DNA of 63,568 nt from Thraustochytrium aureum (lineage: Eukaryota). The stretch covers positions 134,696 to 198,263 of the forward strand of contig BLSG01000084.1 in NCBI GenBank assembly GCA_012862495.1, written 5' to 3'. Below are positions 25,012 through 36,867 of this stretch, one piece after another. The notes under the pieces are model-generated. The model was given only the letters and a program-made list of their open reading frames with translations. It did not search any database and had not been told where the DNA came from. Positions within the stretch are counted from its first letter, which is position 1; every line of letters starts with the position of its first letter. Both the position numbers and the translations under genes were made by a program.

Positions 25012-25236
25012 CGATCGGGGCACGAAGTTCCCGTCGATCGCGATCTAGCGATTTAGAATGAAAAACGTAGTTTGCAGACTCGCCGCCGGGTGCGATCGAT
25101 CGATCGATCACGTTTTTGCAGAAATTTGATTTGAAAACACTCCTCTTTCAAGGCCATGGGGATAAAAAGACTCTAGAGGCTGGCTCCTTCGGCAGCCTGA
25201 GGCGAAGCATCTCTGCGCGCGACAGAAGCCGCACGC

Positions 25237-28200
25237 TCAATAGCCCCCGGGCCAGTCCTGTAGGTACCGGACTGACAAGCAAGAGCCTGAAGGTGGCGAA
25301 GAGCCTTGACGGGTATTGGCCTTGCGATGTTGGCGCGAAACGTCGATGACAGACTTGTTGATGACCACCCGCGGATCGAAATCAGACTCCACGTTTTCGG
25401 CACGATTATTAGATCTACCAACTCGGTCTAGACCCACTCCGATCTGATCGGCCGCCCTCCTACCAGTCGTAAAGGTGCGCCCGCGTCGAGGCGATGTCTG
25501 CGCCTTCTGTCTTTGTGTAGTGCTGGGACAGCTCGTGGTTAAACAGTTTGTCTGCAGGAACATGGCGCGCGTCGTCCTCAGGAAACTCGTTCGGCCCTCG
25601 AAAGCAATTGTGATCGTACTCCCGGATGAATGCGCGCCCCACCGTTGTGCGCGAAAGGCCGCGCCCAGGCTCGAACCAGCCGGCGAGCTGGTCGAGAAAG
25701 TTGACAGGCGCGCTGCTCCTGTCATTGTACGACCACCGGTACTGATGGTACCGCCAAGACCAGTCATATTCAGTGACGAATTTGAACGGCTCGGAGAGGC
25801 CCCCACACTTGGCCGGGCGCCGTCGACTGCTGCATCTGAAGCGTCGCTTCGTTGCAGTCCTCCCACTCGTCGTCGCGGGCGCCGCCGTCGCAGCGCTCGG
25901 GGTAGAACCTTCGCTCATACAGCGGCCTAGATGTGGCGCGGAGCCCAAAGTCAGCGAGGCTATCGAGTACCGAGGCGAGGTCGTCTCCGCCCTCGACTGC
26001 GCCCTCGAAAATGGACAGCGTCCCAGAAGTGTTGAGGTAGTCGTCTGAGAGGAGGCTGACGGCGACGTACTTTGCGCGGCGCTGCTCGACAACTTGCGGA
26101 GGCCCGATGAGCTTGTCAGGGAGGGTCGGGTGCGGCACGTTGTCGGCAATGTTGTGGTCCATGTAGTTGTACATCCACGCCTGCGCCTTGACAGCGGGAA
26201 CAGAGTTTGGCATCCAAGCATTGTTTTCGGTCCAGTTCGGGTGCTGGAATCGAGACCGCACAGTAGGGTTGCCTTGTCCGATCACCTCGCGGGTTTTCCA
26301 AGGCTCGCTTTGCTCTTCCACCACAAAGTGCTCCAGCTGGCCGGCTCCTGTGTAGGCATTTCTGATCCAATCCCCTGCCGTACCCTGGCCAGTCAGAAGG
26401 CGTACCTCGGCCTCAATATCCTCCTTGCGGACACGCTGGATGCAGATGTCGTTCGAGTCGTCATAGCCGACTTCGTACGTGGCGCGATGGTAGTTCAGGC
26501 CAAAGTCGACCGCGCCGGCGACGTCCTTCACAGACTCCCACACCGGCTGCATTACGGGCTCCGGCAGCACATAGTCTACCGTCGCAAAGTAGGTTCGCAC
26601 GAGCAGCGCCTCTCCGTTCGCCCGCTTGATCACAGTCTGGTCGTGCGTTTGGTTGCCGTCCGGGAGAAACGTGTTGAGCATCGTGAACGGGCCGCCAGGG
26701 AACGGCGAAGTTGCCACCGCCGCAACGCCGAGCTCGTTGCTGACGTCGTGGACCTGCGCCCACATCACGTACTGACCCGTTTTGTTGTTGTACAAGACCT
26801 TGGGCCGCTCTGCTCGCAACGGCTGGTGCGTCCAGTTGCCCGTCGCAACAATCTCCTCGACGGGAATCTCAACAGTGTGCCGGCGCCCGGCCGTCGGCAC
26901 TCCGATTCCGTCGTAGCCCCCGTGCAGGTCGACGCGGAGTCGGGGCACGCCTCCGTCGTATGAAATGTTGGTGAAGTGGACCATCGTGCCCTCGTTTCGC
27001 CATCGCACGTAGTCAGATGTCGAACACGCCATAATCCCGCCACGCAGGTGCGTCGCACTTGCGTCTGGATTGTCGTGCTCGCCAAACCAAAAGGTCCGCC
27101 CAGTGGTCGCGTTCTTCTCGCGCGACCGTGTTGATCCGTTCTCCCAATCGGAGGTTTCGCTTGCACCCCCAGTCGACCTGCTCCGCTCAAGAACGTCATC
27201 AGGTACGTCCTCCTCTGGCCGCGACGCGACGCGGAGCAGAACGCCGCGATTCACGCCCCCCTCGCGCTCGCCAGTGACCACGTCAGGGTCGTCTCGGCCA
27301 CCGATTTCGGACCGGAACCGCTTGTGCTGGCTTCCGCTCGCAAAGTCGATCCCGTGCGCGTTTGACAAATAAAGCTCGCGCTGTGAAAGGTGCGAGTCGT
27401 GGCGCGTGATAGGCGAAAGCCCCGTCAAGTCCCCGAGCCACTCCTCGTTCCAGTCGCGCTGCTTAGGGCGATCGATGCTGAGCTTGCCCGCACTGAGCTT
27501 TGCAAGCCTGGACGCCTCGTTCGCGCCGCTTGCCTTACCTGCGACGGACCTCGGACAGCGAAACCCTGCGGTGTCGTCAACGCCGACGTATATCTCGTCA
27601 AACCAAACGGTGCCCTCGTCGAAGCCGTATAGGCCAAGAGCGCCGACCTGCTCGCCGCGAAACGGCGCGTCGACGACCACGTCCAAGTCATTGAGACGTA
27701 CTAAGTACGTCTTCCGCACCCAGTCCACGAAGATATCCAACTTGTACCAGGCGTTCTGGAGAAGTCCGCGCTCGGCCGGTTTCTCAGGAAGGTGGGCAAA
27801 GTTAGACCCGTGGAGCAAATTGCCGTTCACGCTGGCCGTGCCAATCATCGTTTCGTTATGTGGCAGTGCGTCGGGCGTCTCGTGCAGCGAGACAGCTGCA
27901 GTAGTCACGTCTCGGATCGTCCCGACCTCGCTGGGTCCAATGCGGAAGAAGAGCGAGACGCGCTGGGGACGATACGGCATCTCCGGGGGGGCCCCAGCCC
28001 CGGTCTGCCCAAGAGCGAAGACTGGGCCGTTCCTTGCAAACGGACTGCGCTTGGAGACCCCCGTCGTCGTTCGGACAACCTCGCGCGTCGTGACGCGCAA
28101 CGAGCTCGCCGTACCTGCCGCCCCGAGCTCCCGGTCCACAACAAAGGACGGCCCAAGGCTTGTTGCAACGTGAATACTGCCGCCGGGCGACGCCGACAGC

Positions 28201-30633
28201 GTCTGCTCGGACTGCGACGCAGCTTCGGCAGTGGTGGGGCGCGCTGCGAGGCCTTGGCTTGCCAGAGTCTTTGCCCCAAAGTGCACCGCACTAGCAAAAA
28301 CCGCCACGCGACCGCCGCTTCCGTCAGCGAGCGGCTGCTCGGGGGCTCCATAGCTCTTGCCGCCAGACCCGCCGTCTGCAACGAGGCGGGCGCCCTCTTG
28401 CAGCCAGATCACGCCACCAGCAGCTAATACAAGACTGCCCCCCGAGCCGCCACCTCCGCCCCAAAACGACGACCTGCCAGGACCGGCGGAGACCGAGAGC
28501 TTTGCTGAGGGACGCAGAGTGATGTCATTCACCGCAACGATCTCAATCGCGCCTCCGCCGCCACCGCCAACGCCCGCGGGCGGGTAGTGCGCGAGGATCT
28601 CACGGACCGAGACACCACCAATTGCCCCTCCGCTTCCGCCGAGCAAGTCGGACACGTCAGCCGACCCATAAGAGCGCCCATCGGCATGTGCGGCTGCCTG
28701 ATCCGCAAGGTCTTTCTCATCGAGAGGATAGCCGATNNNNNNNNNNNNNNNNNNNNNNNNNNNNNNNNNNNNNNNNNNNNNNNNNNNNNNNNNNNNNNNN
28801 NNNNNNNNNNNNNNNNNNNNNNNNNNNNNNNNNNNNNNNNNNNNNNNNNNNNNNNNNNNNNNNNNNNNNNNNNNNNNNNNNNNNNNNNNNNNNNNNNNNN
28901 NNNNNNNNNNNNNNNNNNNNNNNNNNNNNNNNNNNNNNNNNNNNNNNNNNNNNNNNNNNNNNNNNNNNNNNNNNNNNNNNNNNNNNNNNNNNNNNNNNNN
29001 NNNNNNNNNNNNNNNNNNGGATCGACGCGCTTGCCGTCTTGCGCGTGGGCACCGCCAGCTCCTCCAAATGCAAGCGAGAACGGGGAGTCAGGAACGACTG
29101 CTCCGGTCGCTTCAATGCCTGTGAACGCGCTTGCATGTCGCAGAGTATGGTGACCTGGGGCAGTGTTGACGCCAACCCCATCGCCCGCGTACCCAGCCTC
29201 AACAAGTGCGGCAGTGAGTAGCTCCGGCTCATCCACCTGCTGTGCGACCGGGCTCGTTGGGGAGAGCGGAGAGGCATTGCCGTAGTCCGTCGAAAGTGTT
29301 ACGGTCCACGTCCTCTCCTTTGCTGGCCCGGGCCCGTCTGCGCACAAACCATGGTCGCAGGAGCCAAACTCCAGCGCGGCCCCGGCGTTGTCTGTCGCAG
29401 CATCCGAGCGCTGAACCGCGACTGCTTGCACATCGGGCCCAAACCCAGACCTTATTGCCTGCTCAACCGCTTTGCTCGTGGCGTGGACATCGATCGGTCC
29501 GGTTGTCCGGTTCAGGAAGCTAAGCGTAAACGCGCCGCTGATTTCATTGCCGTCAACCAGGGTGGCGCACGTTGCTTGTGCTCCGAGGCTGTCAAGCTTG
29601 CTGTGCGCGACTTGCAGCAGCGGCAGGTTGCCGACCGCGGTCAGGAAAGTCACCGTCCATGTATAGCCCCCTTCGCTGTCAGGAGGTCCCCGTGTCACCG
29701 CGACGCGGCCAACGTCTTTTGTGGCGCGCTCTAGCCGGGATTGAAAGAGGGCCGCTGAGGCATCGTGCGGAATGTCGTGGGTCTGGCCCCCGCGGAAGGT
29801 GAGGCTGAACGAGCCGCGGAGGGTCTGACCTAGAACGGGCGGTTGTCGTCACCGTCTGCACCTCGCGCCGCTCCTCGCCCGTCGTCTGAATAGTGAAGAG
29901 ATAGATGCGCCTCGATGCGCTGCCGGGGCCGTTAATGTTGTTTTCAGCGACGTCTTGGCCACCAGGAAACCCACCGAGGGAGGCAGGGGCGGCCGTGATC
30001 GCAGTTGCGAGGTCCACACTCGTTCGGCTCAGGATTGCAAGAGCGCGAGAGCCGACAAGATTGACGATTGTATCGTTTGCAAGCCGCACGAACTCGTGAT
30101 TGAAAACGGCAACCTCTGTTCCCCCACTCGTGTGCGCAATTTCCCCAGTGTACTCGTACAGGAGGTCTCCAGAGGTGTCCTCAAGGCGCGCGGTGGCGTT
30201 ACTAGTGTTGAAGGTCAGCCGCGCGCCGGGTACGCTCGCTGTGTCGAGGGCCTCGAGAAGTTCGAACGAGAACGAGTTGAAGTGGCCTCTGCCAGTTCCC
30301 TCAAGGGGTGCCGAGCTCCATCCCCGTGTTCCCTGAAGCCAGTTCTCGAAGTCAGCGAAGAGACCGCACTCGTCGAGTGCGCCTCCATCGAATGCTGCGC
30401 TGTCAAACGTGTACGTAGCGTTCACTGTATCGTATGCGCTGAACGCTCGCGGGCACCTGTGCGTAGCTTTACATCGCTCGTACTGCTCAGCGTTGCGAGG
30501 AACCCGCGGGTCTGGCGGGCTCTCGGCGCTCTCGGCTCCCACGACGACATGAGCGCCGTGGCTCACCGTCGCCCACGCCACGGCGCAGGCTCTTGCGAGC
30601 CGACCCGCAACCCTGCCATCGCGTTTGCGCCAT
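25237..30633 (-). CDS. large, probably secreted protein with Gly-rich region, lectin-like region and GH43-like beta-propeller (frameshifted, one gap)
   Basis: ORFs 29679-30866, 28529-29698, 25770-28655, 25460-26221 and possibly 25237-25866 chain together. Motifs: YTWTVTFLTAVGNLPLL, GGGGGSGGSLVL, WYKLDIFVDW, FWFGEH, CSTSDYVRWRNEG, ERPKVLYNNKTGQYVMW, LSDDYL. Start and stop are approximate; the stop could be 25460. Confidence 0.65.
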
Positions 30634-30748
30634 CGCGTTTGCGCGGGGCGCCACGGGCCAAGTCGCTTGCCGCCGCAAATCCAGCTACACCGGCGCCGGC
30701 AGCAAGCGCGATTTGGCCCGCTAGAGCTCTGCTGAGTGAGCGCCTCGC

Positions 30749-30784
30749 TGGCTGGCCGGCTGGCTGGCTGGCTGGCCGGCTGGC
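30749..30784 (-). repeat. (GCCA)n-like tetranucleotide microsatellite
   Basis: Plus strand GGCTGGCCGGCTGGCTGGCTGGCTGGCCGGCTGGC, upstream of the GH43-like gene. Confidence 0.8.
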
Positions 30785-31229
30785 GATACTCGATGGCCCG
30801 TGCAGAGAGCGAGACAGGAACTGAAAAAGTGCCGTTGGCGGGTGCTTTCTGCAGGTTAGGTGACACGAGAGTCGAGCACGAGTACTCGACTTACCGCCTC
30901 GAGGAGACTCCACTCCTGCGCTCCCACGGCGTGAGACCGTGGACGCGCATGGCAGCCTGCCGGGCAGCCGGGCCTCCAGCTGCAGGCCCGGTCCGAGATC
31001 GACATCAAGCGGGTGGCCCGTCAGAGCCCAAGTTGACTTGCCCGTTTTGCACGGCGCAGGCAACATCGATGGCAAGGCTACTCGTGGAGGAGCAGACGGC
31101 GAGTACAAGCGTGCTGGTCGATGGATCCCCTCGGCGCATATGGCGCAAGCTCGCCGGTGGGCAAGTCTGCAGCAGCATCGAGCCAACTGCGAATGGGCCT
31201 CCGACTCCAAGGTCAGCGCGTTAATCGCG

Positions 31230-31290
31230 GCAAGCCAGCCGGCAAGCCAGCCGGCAAGCCAGCCCGCATGCCAGCCGGCAAGCAGCCCGC
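31230..31290 (+). repeat. 12-bp tandem repeat (GCAAGCCAGCCG), about 5 copies
   Basis: Directly visible, upstream of the ATG at 31402. Confidence 0.8.
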
Positions 31291-31401
31291 ATGCCTGCAC
31301 GCCGCACGCGACGGTATCGCGCGCCGCGTGCAGCGGGGCCGAGCGACCTTTTTGCCGCAAAACGAAGCGAAAAGGAGAGATCCGTTGACAAGAATCGGGT
31401 C

Positions 31402-32703
31402 ATGAGCGCGCCTCACTTTCGCCTTTCCGAATGCGCAGGCATCGGCAAAGCAGCAGGCGGCGGTCAAGCGGCTGCGCGGAAGGCCGAGCCCGTGGCAGAG
31501 ATCAATTCGAGCTGCGAGACTCCGCTGCCACTGCTCGCGGATCGCCCGCAGGTCGACAGAATGCTTGGCGGAGATGATGCCAAGTCTTGGGGCGAGCTGC
31601 TGCAGGCGCACGTGAGGCGCCGCACGCAGCTGGAATGGAGCAAGGAGGCGCAAGAGCCCGTCAAGTTTGTCACGCGACACGAGATGTCGCGCAAGGAGCG
31701 CGAGTTCGATCCGGTTCTGCAGCGCTTCAGGAGCGACTCGCGCGAGTCGACTCTCCAACGCGAGGAAGTGCACAACCGGACCGCCAAGCTCAACCAGCAA
31801 AAGGTCAAGCAGCTCGGCAAGGGGCAACACCACGACGTGATTACTCACAACCCAGTCTTGCCCACAATTCCTCCGCTCGAGGCCGGCTTGCAGCACGGCG
31901 GGGCGGCTGACAGGCGCGTCGCGCCTGGGTACAATATCATCAGCAACCTTGACCTCGCAGACCACCATCCAAGCGCCCCGTCGGTCCGGCCCCAGCGGGT
32001 GGAGCGATCATTTGCCACGAAAGCGGTGGCGAGGCAGAGCTCGCGACCAGACTTTGACATAATCAGCAATCGGTACAAGGATAACCACGAGGCCAAGGTT
32101 TCTATCGACCGGACGATTGAGAAGCAAGCCGCCGCAGACAAGTATTGGCAGACCCGGGACTTTGACCCCATCACCTGCAAGTTTGTAGACAGCTCGAAGG
32201 AAGAGCGCTTCCAGCAAAAGCGTAGCGAGCTCGAGAAAACGCACGGCCACGATTTCGCCAAAGGGCTCCCGCCGTGCGTCCGTTCCTCGCAGAGCCTGCA
32301 AATTGACATCGTGTCCATGCAACCAAAGTCGACCGGAGCAGAGCAAAGCACCACGACTGCCGTATCCTCTTCGGCAGCTCGCCAGAACCCAAACTCAAGG
32401 CAGGTTGTGGAGCGGATCCAGCAAGAGCGCATCGTCGGCAGGGCCAGGCTCGAGGAGGCGCGCAACTCGAACAGGCACTCGGAGGACCGCCAGCGTCATG
32501 TGCACGGGTACGACCACGGGTACGACATCGTCAGCACGACGGCCTTTTTCGGCCGCTCTGGAATAGCGAAGCCGCCGCTCAGAGTCCCTGAGCGCAAGTC
32601 GCTTTGGCAAAAGCTTGAGCAGCAGCAGCTTGATCGGAAGGCAGGCTCAAACAACATTCCACGGGAGCAGGACCTTTCTCAGCGAGAAGCCGAACACAGG
32701 TAA
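31402..32703 (+). CDS. uncharacterised protein with recurring [FY][DN][IP]I[ST] motifs (possibly flagellar/microtubule-associated)
   Basis: Clean ~433-aa ORF. Motifs FDPVL, HDVITHNP, YNIISN, FDIISN, FDPIT, IDIVS and YDIVS, separated by charged helical segments. Function is inference. Confidence 0.65.
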   Translation: MSAPHFRLSECAGIGKAAGGGQAAARKAEPVAEINSSCETPLPLLADRPQVDRMLGGDDAKSWGELLQAHVRRRTQLEWSKEAQEPVKFVTRHEMSRKEREFDPVLQRFRSDSRESTLQREEVHNRTAKLNQQKVKQLGKGQHHDVITHNPVLPTIPPLEAGLQHGGAADRRVAPGYNIISNLDLADHHPSAPSVRPQRVERSFATKAVARQSSRPDFDIISNRYKDNHEAKVSIDRTIEKQAAADKYWQTRDFDPITCKFVDSSKEERFQQKRSELEKTHGHDFAKGLPPCVRSSQSLQIDIVSMQPKSTGAEQSTTTAVSSSAARQNPNSRQVVERIQQERIVGRARLEEARNSNRHSEDRQRHVHGYDHGYDIVSTTAFFGRSGIAKPPLRVPERKSLWQKLEQQQLDRKAGSNNIPREQDLSQREAEHR

Positions 32704-32882
32704 CGCCTGGCTATAGCTCCCCCCTCTACCTCGATTTTTACAACTTGTTCGCGAGCTTGGGTCCGCGCACCGGGAGGCACCGAGGCAGCAGCAGAAACAC
32801 GTTGCACAAGCAGCACGAGATAGGTAGCGCAACATGTACTCTGCCTGAAAAGGCTTTGGCACGACAAAGTGATTGGAATCTG

Positions 32883-35800
32883 TTAGTACTTGATCGCGCG
32901 CATCAACGCTCGAAGCTCTGCCACCACGGTTTGGATGCTCTTGAACGCGGCCGCCCGAGACGCGTCAATCTGCTCCACAACCCCTTTGAGGCGCTCCGGC
33001 TCTACATTGGAGAGAGGGCACGCAACCGCCTCGCTGTCAGCCCCAACTTGGCCCGCTGCTGCGACCCGCGCCTCAAGGCCATCAAGTGCAGCAAGTGCTC
33101 CAGTCGACGTCGCCTTGATCGCCTGTTGCAGGGCATCTACGGCGGCCTCCGCAGGCGTTGGGTTTTTCTTCGTGCGCTTGTTCTTCTTCCGCGGCGCAAG
33201 CTCCATCCACCCGCGGACCAGGACGACGACCCAGAAAAGCCCATTGGACACGGCGATGGCGCCATCACGCAAAACCTGGCCGTCGTTGCCAGCGTCGTCA
33301 GCTTTTCGCGCGCAGTACTCGCGAAGCCTCCAAGCTCATCAGCAACCTTTGCTACGGCGCTGGCGGCCGATTCCACAGCTTTGACGTCCTCAAGCGACAA
33401 GCCAACGAAGGCGTCCGCGGCCTCGAGGGCGCGCACGCCAGCCGACCACGCCGGCCCATGGCCTGCCAAGCCAAGATCCGCGGCAAGCTGCGCGGCACGG
33501 GCGCCTGGGCCTCGGCGAGACGCTTCGGCCGGCGGAGGAGGTGGGGGCGCCCCCGTGTCAGCGGTCGCGCTCGCTGAGTCGCCAGCGCTCGCAAGCATCG
33601 CGGCGGTCGTCCTCGCCACCGCGAAGCGGAGCTGCACCCACTTGGACGCAATGTCGTGCCAGGCCTCGTCGTAGGCGGCTCCGTGTGACGCACACTCCCG
33701 CGCCTGCTTGGCCAGCGGGCCAGCGCGGCCCTCAAGGAGCGCGGCCTTCTGCGCCCTGGCAGAGAAGCCCGTCGGGCAGTCCCACGAGACAGAGACCGTG
33801 AAGTCGTAATTGGACGAGAGCCCCGATTCTGTGTCAAGCGCAGCTACGTCTCCGAGGCGCGACAGGGTGTACGGGTCTTCCTTGCCGTGCGGCGCGGCAT
33901 GCTCGACGAGGTGGTCGCGAAGAGACTCCCACGACTCGAGCCGCGACCTGAGCGCGTCGAGCGTAAAGCGCTCCGACGCTGCGACGACACGCTGGTGCGA
34001 GTTGGCGAGGCGTGAGTCGAGCCGCACGATTTCGATCCCATTGCTGATCATGCCGTTCTGGAACGCGCGCTTCGTGTACTCGACCGTGTCAGCTCTCGAG
34101 CCCTTCCAGAGTTCCTCCACGTTGGTGCAGATTTGCGCCGCTTCTGCGAAGCCGGCAGAACGCGCCATGTCACCGAGGACGACAAAGCTGAGCGAGTCTA
34201 TTTGTATATGCTTGATGTCGAGTGCGTTGAACACTTCGCACATGCGCTGCACCATGTCGAGCCGCGCGTAAACTTCGAGAATGAGGAGGCCAAGCTGGAA
34301 CCCAGTTGGGCTGTGTTCGTAGGCTCTCTCTAGCACGGCAGCAGCCGCCATGAGCCACATACGCCCTTGTTCGGAGCGCTCTTGTTCAGGCTCGCGGTTG
34401 CAGCGGTCGACGAGGACGTGCGCAGCGAGGATCGCCAGGTCGTCCCCGGCTTTAACCTCGCGCTGCCCTCCTTGAGACCCCTCGTCGAGCACCATGGTGT
34501 CCCTGTGAAGGGCTGTGAGGCTATCAACCAGGGCGATCGCCTCGTCTTGGGAGAGCGCTTCATGGCAGCCGATAAAACGCAAGGCCTGAGTCGCCGTGAT
34601 GAAGGTTCGCAGCGAGCGCTTACGAGTTCCCTTGTCGGCCGCCTCGTCGCGCGCGCCAGCACAACCGGCAGCGAGGCGCTCACGCAGTGCCGCAATAAGA
34701 CGGAGCCGAGATGGAGACTGTTCGCTTGCCAGCGCGCCGTACTTCTCCACCTCCCAACGGCGAGCGAGCTTGGCAGCACGCTGCTCCTCGCGCATCGTAG
34801 TCCCAAGGTTGGTTCGAATAAAGTGCACGGGCCAGGCCGCCGGCGGCGCTTCGGGCGGCGGCCACTGCGGCTCCGCCGACGCCCCAGATGGCGCAAACGC
34901 GAGGAGGAAGTTTCGCAGGTCGCCAAAGCAGCACGCTTTGCAGTCGAACGCGGACAAGTACGCCTCGATCTGGACCACGAGGGCCTCCTCAGCTGCAGCG
35001 GATTCGGCGGGAGCTCCGACGTGCAGCGCGCGCAGCCACTCGCGGTGGCGAAGGGCAACGCGCGCGAGAACGGGCCCGCGCGTGGGCTTTGCACCGTTGG
35101 CTTCTGCTGCTTTCTGGTCGAGCTCGTCGATGGCTGCCTCGACGTCTACGGACGACCCATCCGCTCCAGCCTCGCTGCAAGAAGAAGCTGCACATTCTAA
35201 AAGCCCGCACCAGTTGCGCCAGTCCTGCGCATCCTCTTCACGCAACAGCTTGAGGAAGAGCGCTGCGGCCTCAGCACAGTGCTTTTGCTTGGACGCTTGG
35301 TTGGCTCGCGACGCAATTTGCAGGAGCTCGGCAGTCATGAGGAGTCGCTCGCGGGCTTGGAGGTGAGCAAGCTCGGTCTCGACCACTTGAATCGCGTCCA
35401 AGGGCTTGCCAAGGTAGACGAGAACCTGGCACAGGACCAGCGCCACGTTGTCGCGAAGCGTTCGCTGTCGAGCAGAATCTTCGGAGCTGTCGTCGTTGTC
35501 GGCAGCGCTGGTCTCAGCCGGCCCGACGCCGGGGGAAGCAAGGCCACCAAGCACCTTGCGCAGCATCATGGCTGCGAGGCCAAGCTTTTTCACGGCGGTT
35601 TCGAGGCTGCCCCCAGCAGCGACCGCGGAGCGCACATTGACGGCCACCATTGCCGCGCTCCACGCCAGGTAGGTCTGGTCCTTGGACTGTTTGGCGAGAG
35701 CCATGCCGAGCGTCTCCATCTTGGCCGCGTTGCCAGTGCGCAGGTACCAGAAGAAAAGGTTCGTGCCGAGGTCCAGGCTTTCGTGCGGCGTCGCTGTCTG

Positions 35801-36174
35801 GGCCTCCTCATAAGCTCGTTCATAGAGCGTCACCACGTCGTCCCAGCGCCCCAGATTGCGCAGCGTCAGCATCGTTGTGCGAACGAGGTGCTCATGGGTG
35901 AGGGTCTCCGTCCCGTTCGCGATCTGCCGCGCCAGGCCGAGCGCATCTTCGAGCTTGCTCTTCCTCGCTTTGATGACATCAAAGTTACTCGTCCCGGTCC
36001 CCGCCTGAGACTTGTCCGTCGCAGCGCGCCTTTCCAGTGCGTACGCCTTGAGCGCTTGGGCAAGCGGCATGTTGAGGAGCTCCTCTTCTCGCACTGCTTG
36101 GCAGCTGTCTTGAAGTCGCCAGCCTCGAGGGCGTTGTACACGCCTTGGAGTTTGCGATAGGCTTGCGGGTCCAT
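32883..36174 (-). CDS. NAA25: NatB N-terminal acetyltransferase auxiliary subunit (NAA25/MDM20)
   Basis: MDPQAYRKLQGVYNALEAGDFKTAAKQC..LAQALKAYALER, RGPVLA, FDCKACCFGDL, LDIKHIQIDSL. Frameshifts near 36085 and 33303. Confidence 0.88.
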
Positions 36175-36211
36175 GGTCGACGTCTACAGCGCAGCACGGC
36201 GCTAGCACAGC

Positions 36212-36212
<1 letters not shown>

Positions 36213-36248
<36 letters not shown>

Positions 36249-36272
36249 CAGCAACAGCAGCAGCAGCAACAG
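36213..36272. repeat. (CAG/CTG)n microsatellite, about 20 units, interrupted
   Basis: CAG run with TAG/CAA interruptions, starting about 40 nt upstream of the NAA25 ATG. Confidence 0.9.
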
Positions 36273-36867
36273 CCGTCGTGCGCACAGTATCCACGCCTAG
36301 CGAGAGGTCCACAGCGGCGCCTTCCTCCCGTGCGCACGCTTCCAGGAGTCTGCCCGGAGCCGCTGGCCATCCACTTGGGCAAAGCGCCTCCACTGCGACT
36401 CCAAAACCAATTAAAAAGTGACCTAGAAACGGCGTCAGAGCACGGAGGTGTACGCGTGGATGCATGGTCAAAGCCATAATATCTAGCTTTTCAGAGAACA
36501 GGTGGATGCTCTGCAGCTCAAAAGTGGTGCCGATGGGTTCGNNNNNNNNNNNNNNNNNNNNNNNNNNNNNNNNNNNNNNNNNNNNNNNNNNNNNNNNNNN
36601 NNNNNNNNNNNNNNNNNNNNNNNNNNNNNNNNNNNNNNNNNNNNNNNNNNNNNNNNNNNNNNNNNNNNNNNNNNNNNNNNNNNNNNNNNNNNNNNNNNNN
36701 NNNNNNGATTTGGATTTGACTGACCCCGAAACCGCGTGCCTGCAGTGGGCGCCCCAACCGCGAACGAGGCGCTCGCAGATCTGCGCGCAGTTGCGCTGAT
36801 TCGAACGCCGAGACAGGCGACGGGACTCGAGGCGAGGTGGCTTTGGCAGCCAGCGACAGGGGCGAGG

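Noticed and set aside
36175..36382. Poly-Cys N-terminus on NAA25
   Set aside because: It is a translation of the CTG microsatellite. The conserved start MDPQAYRKL is at 36174 in another frame.
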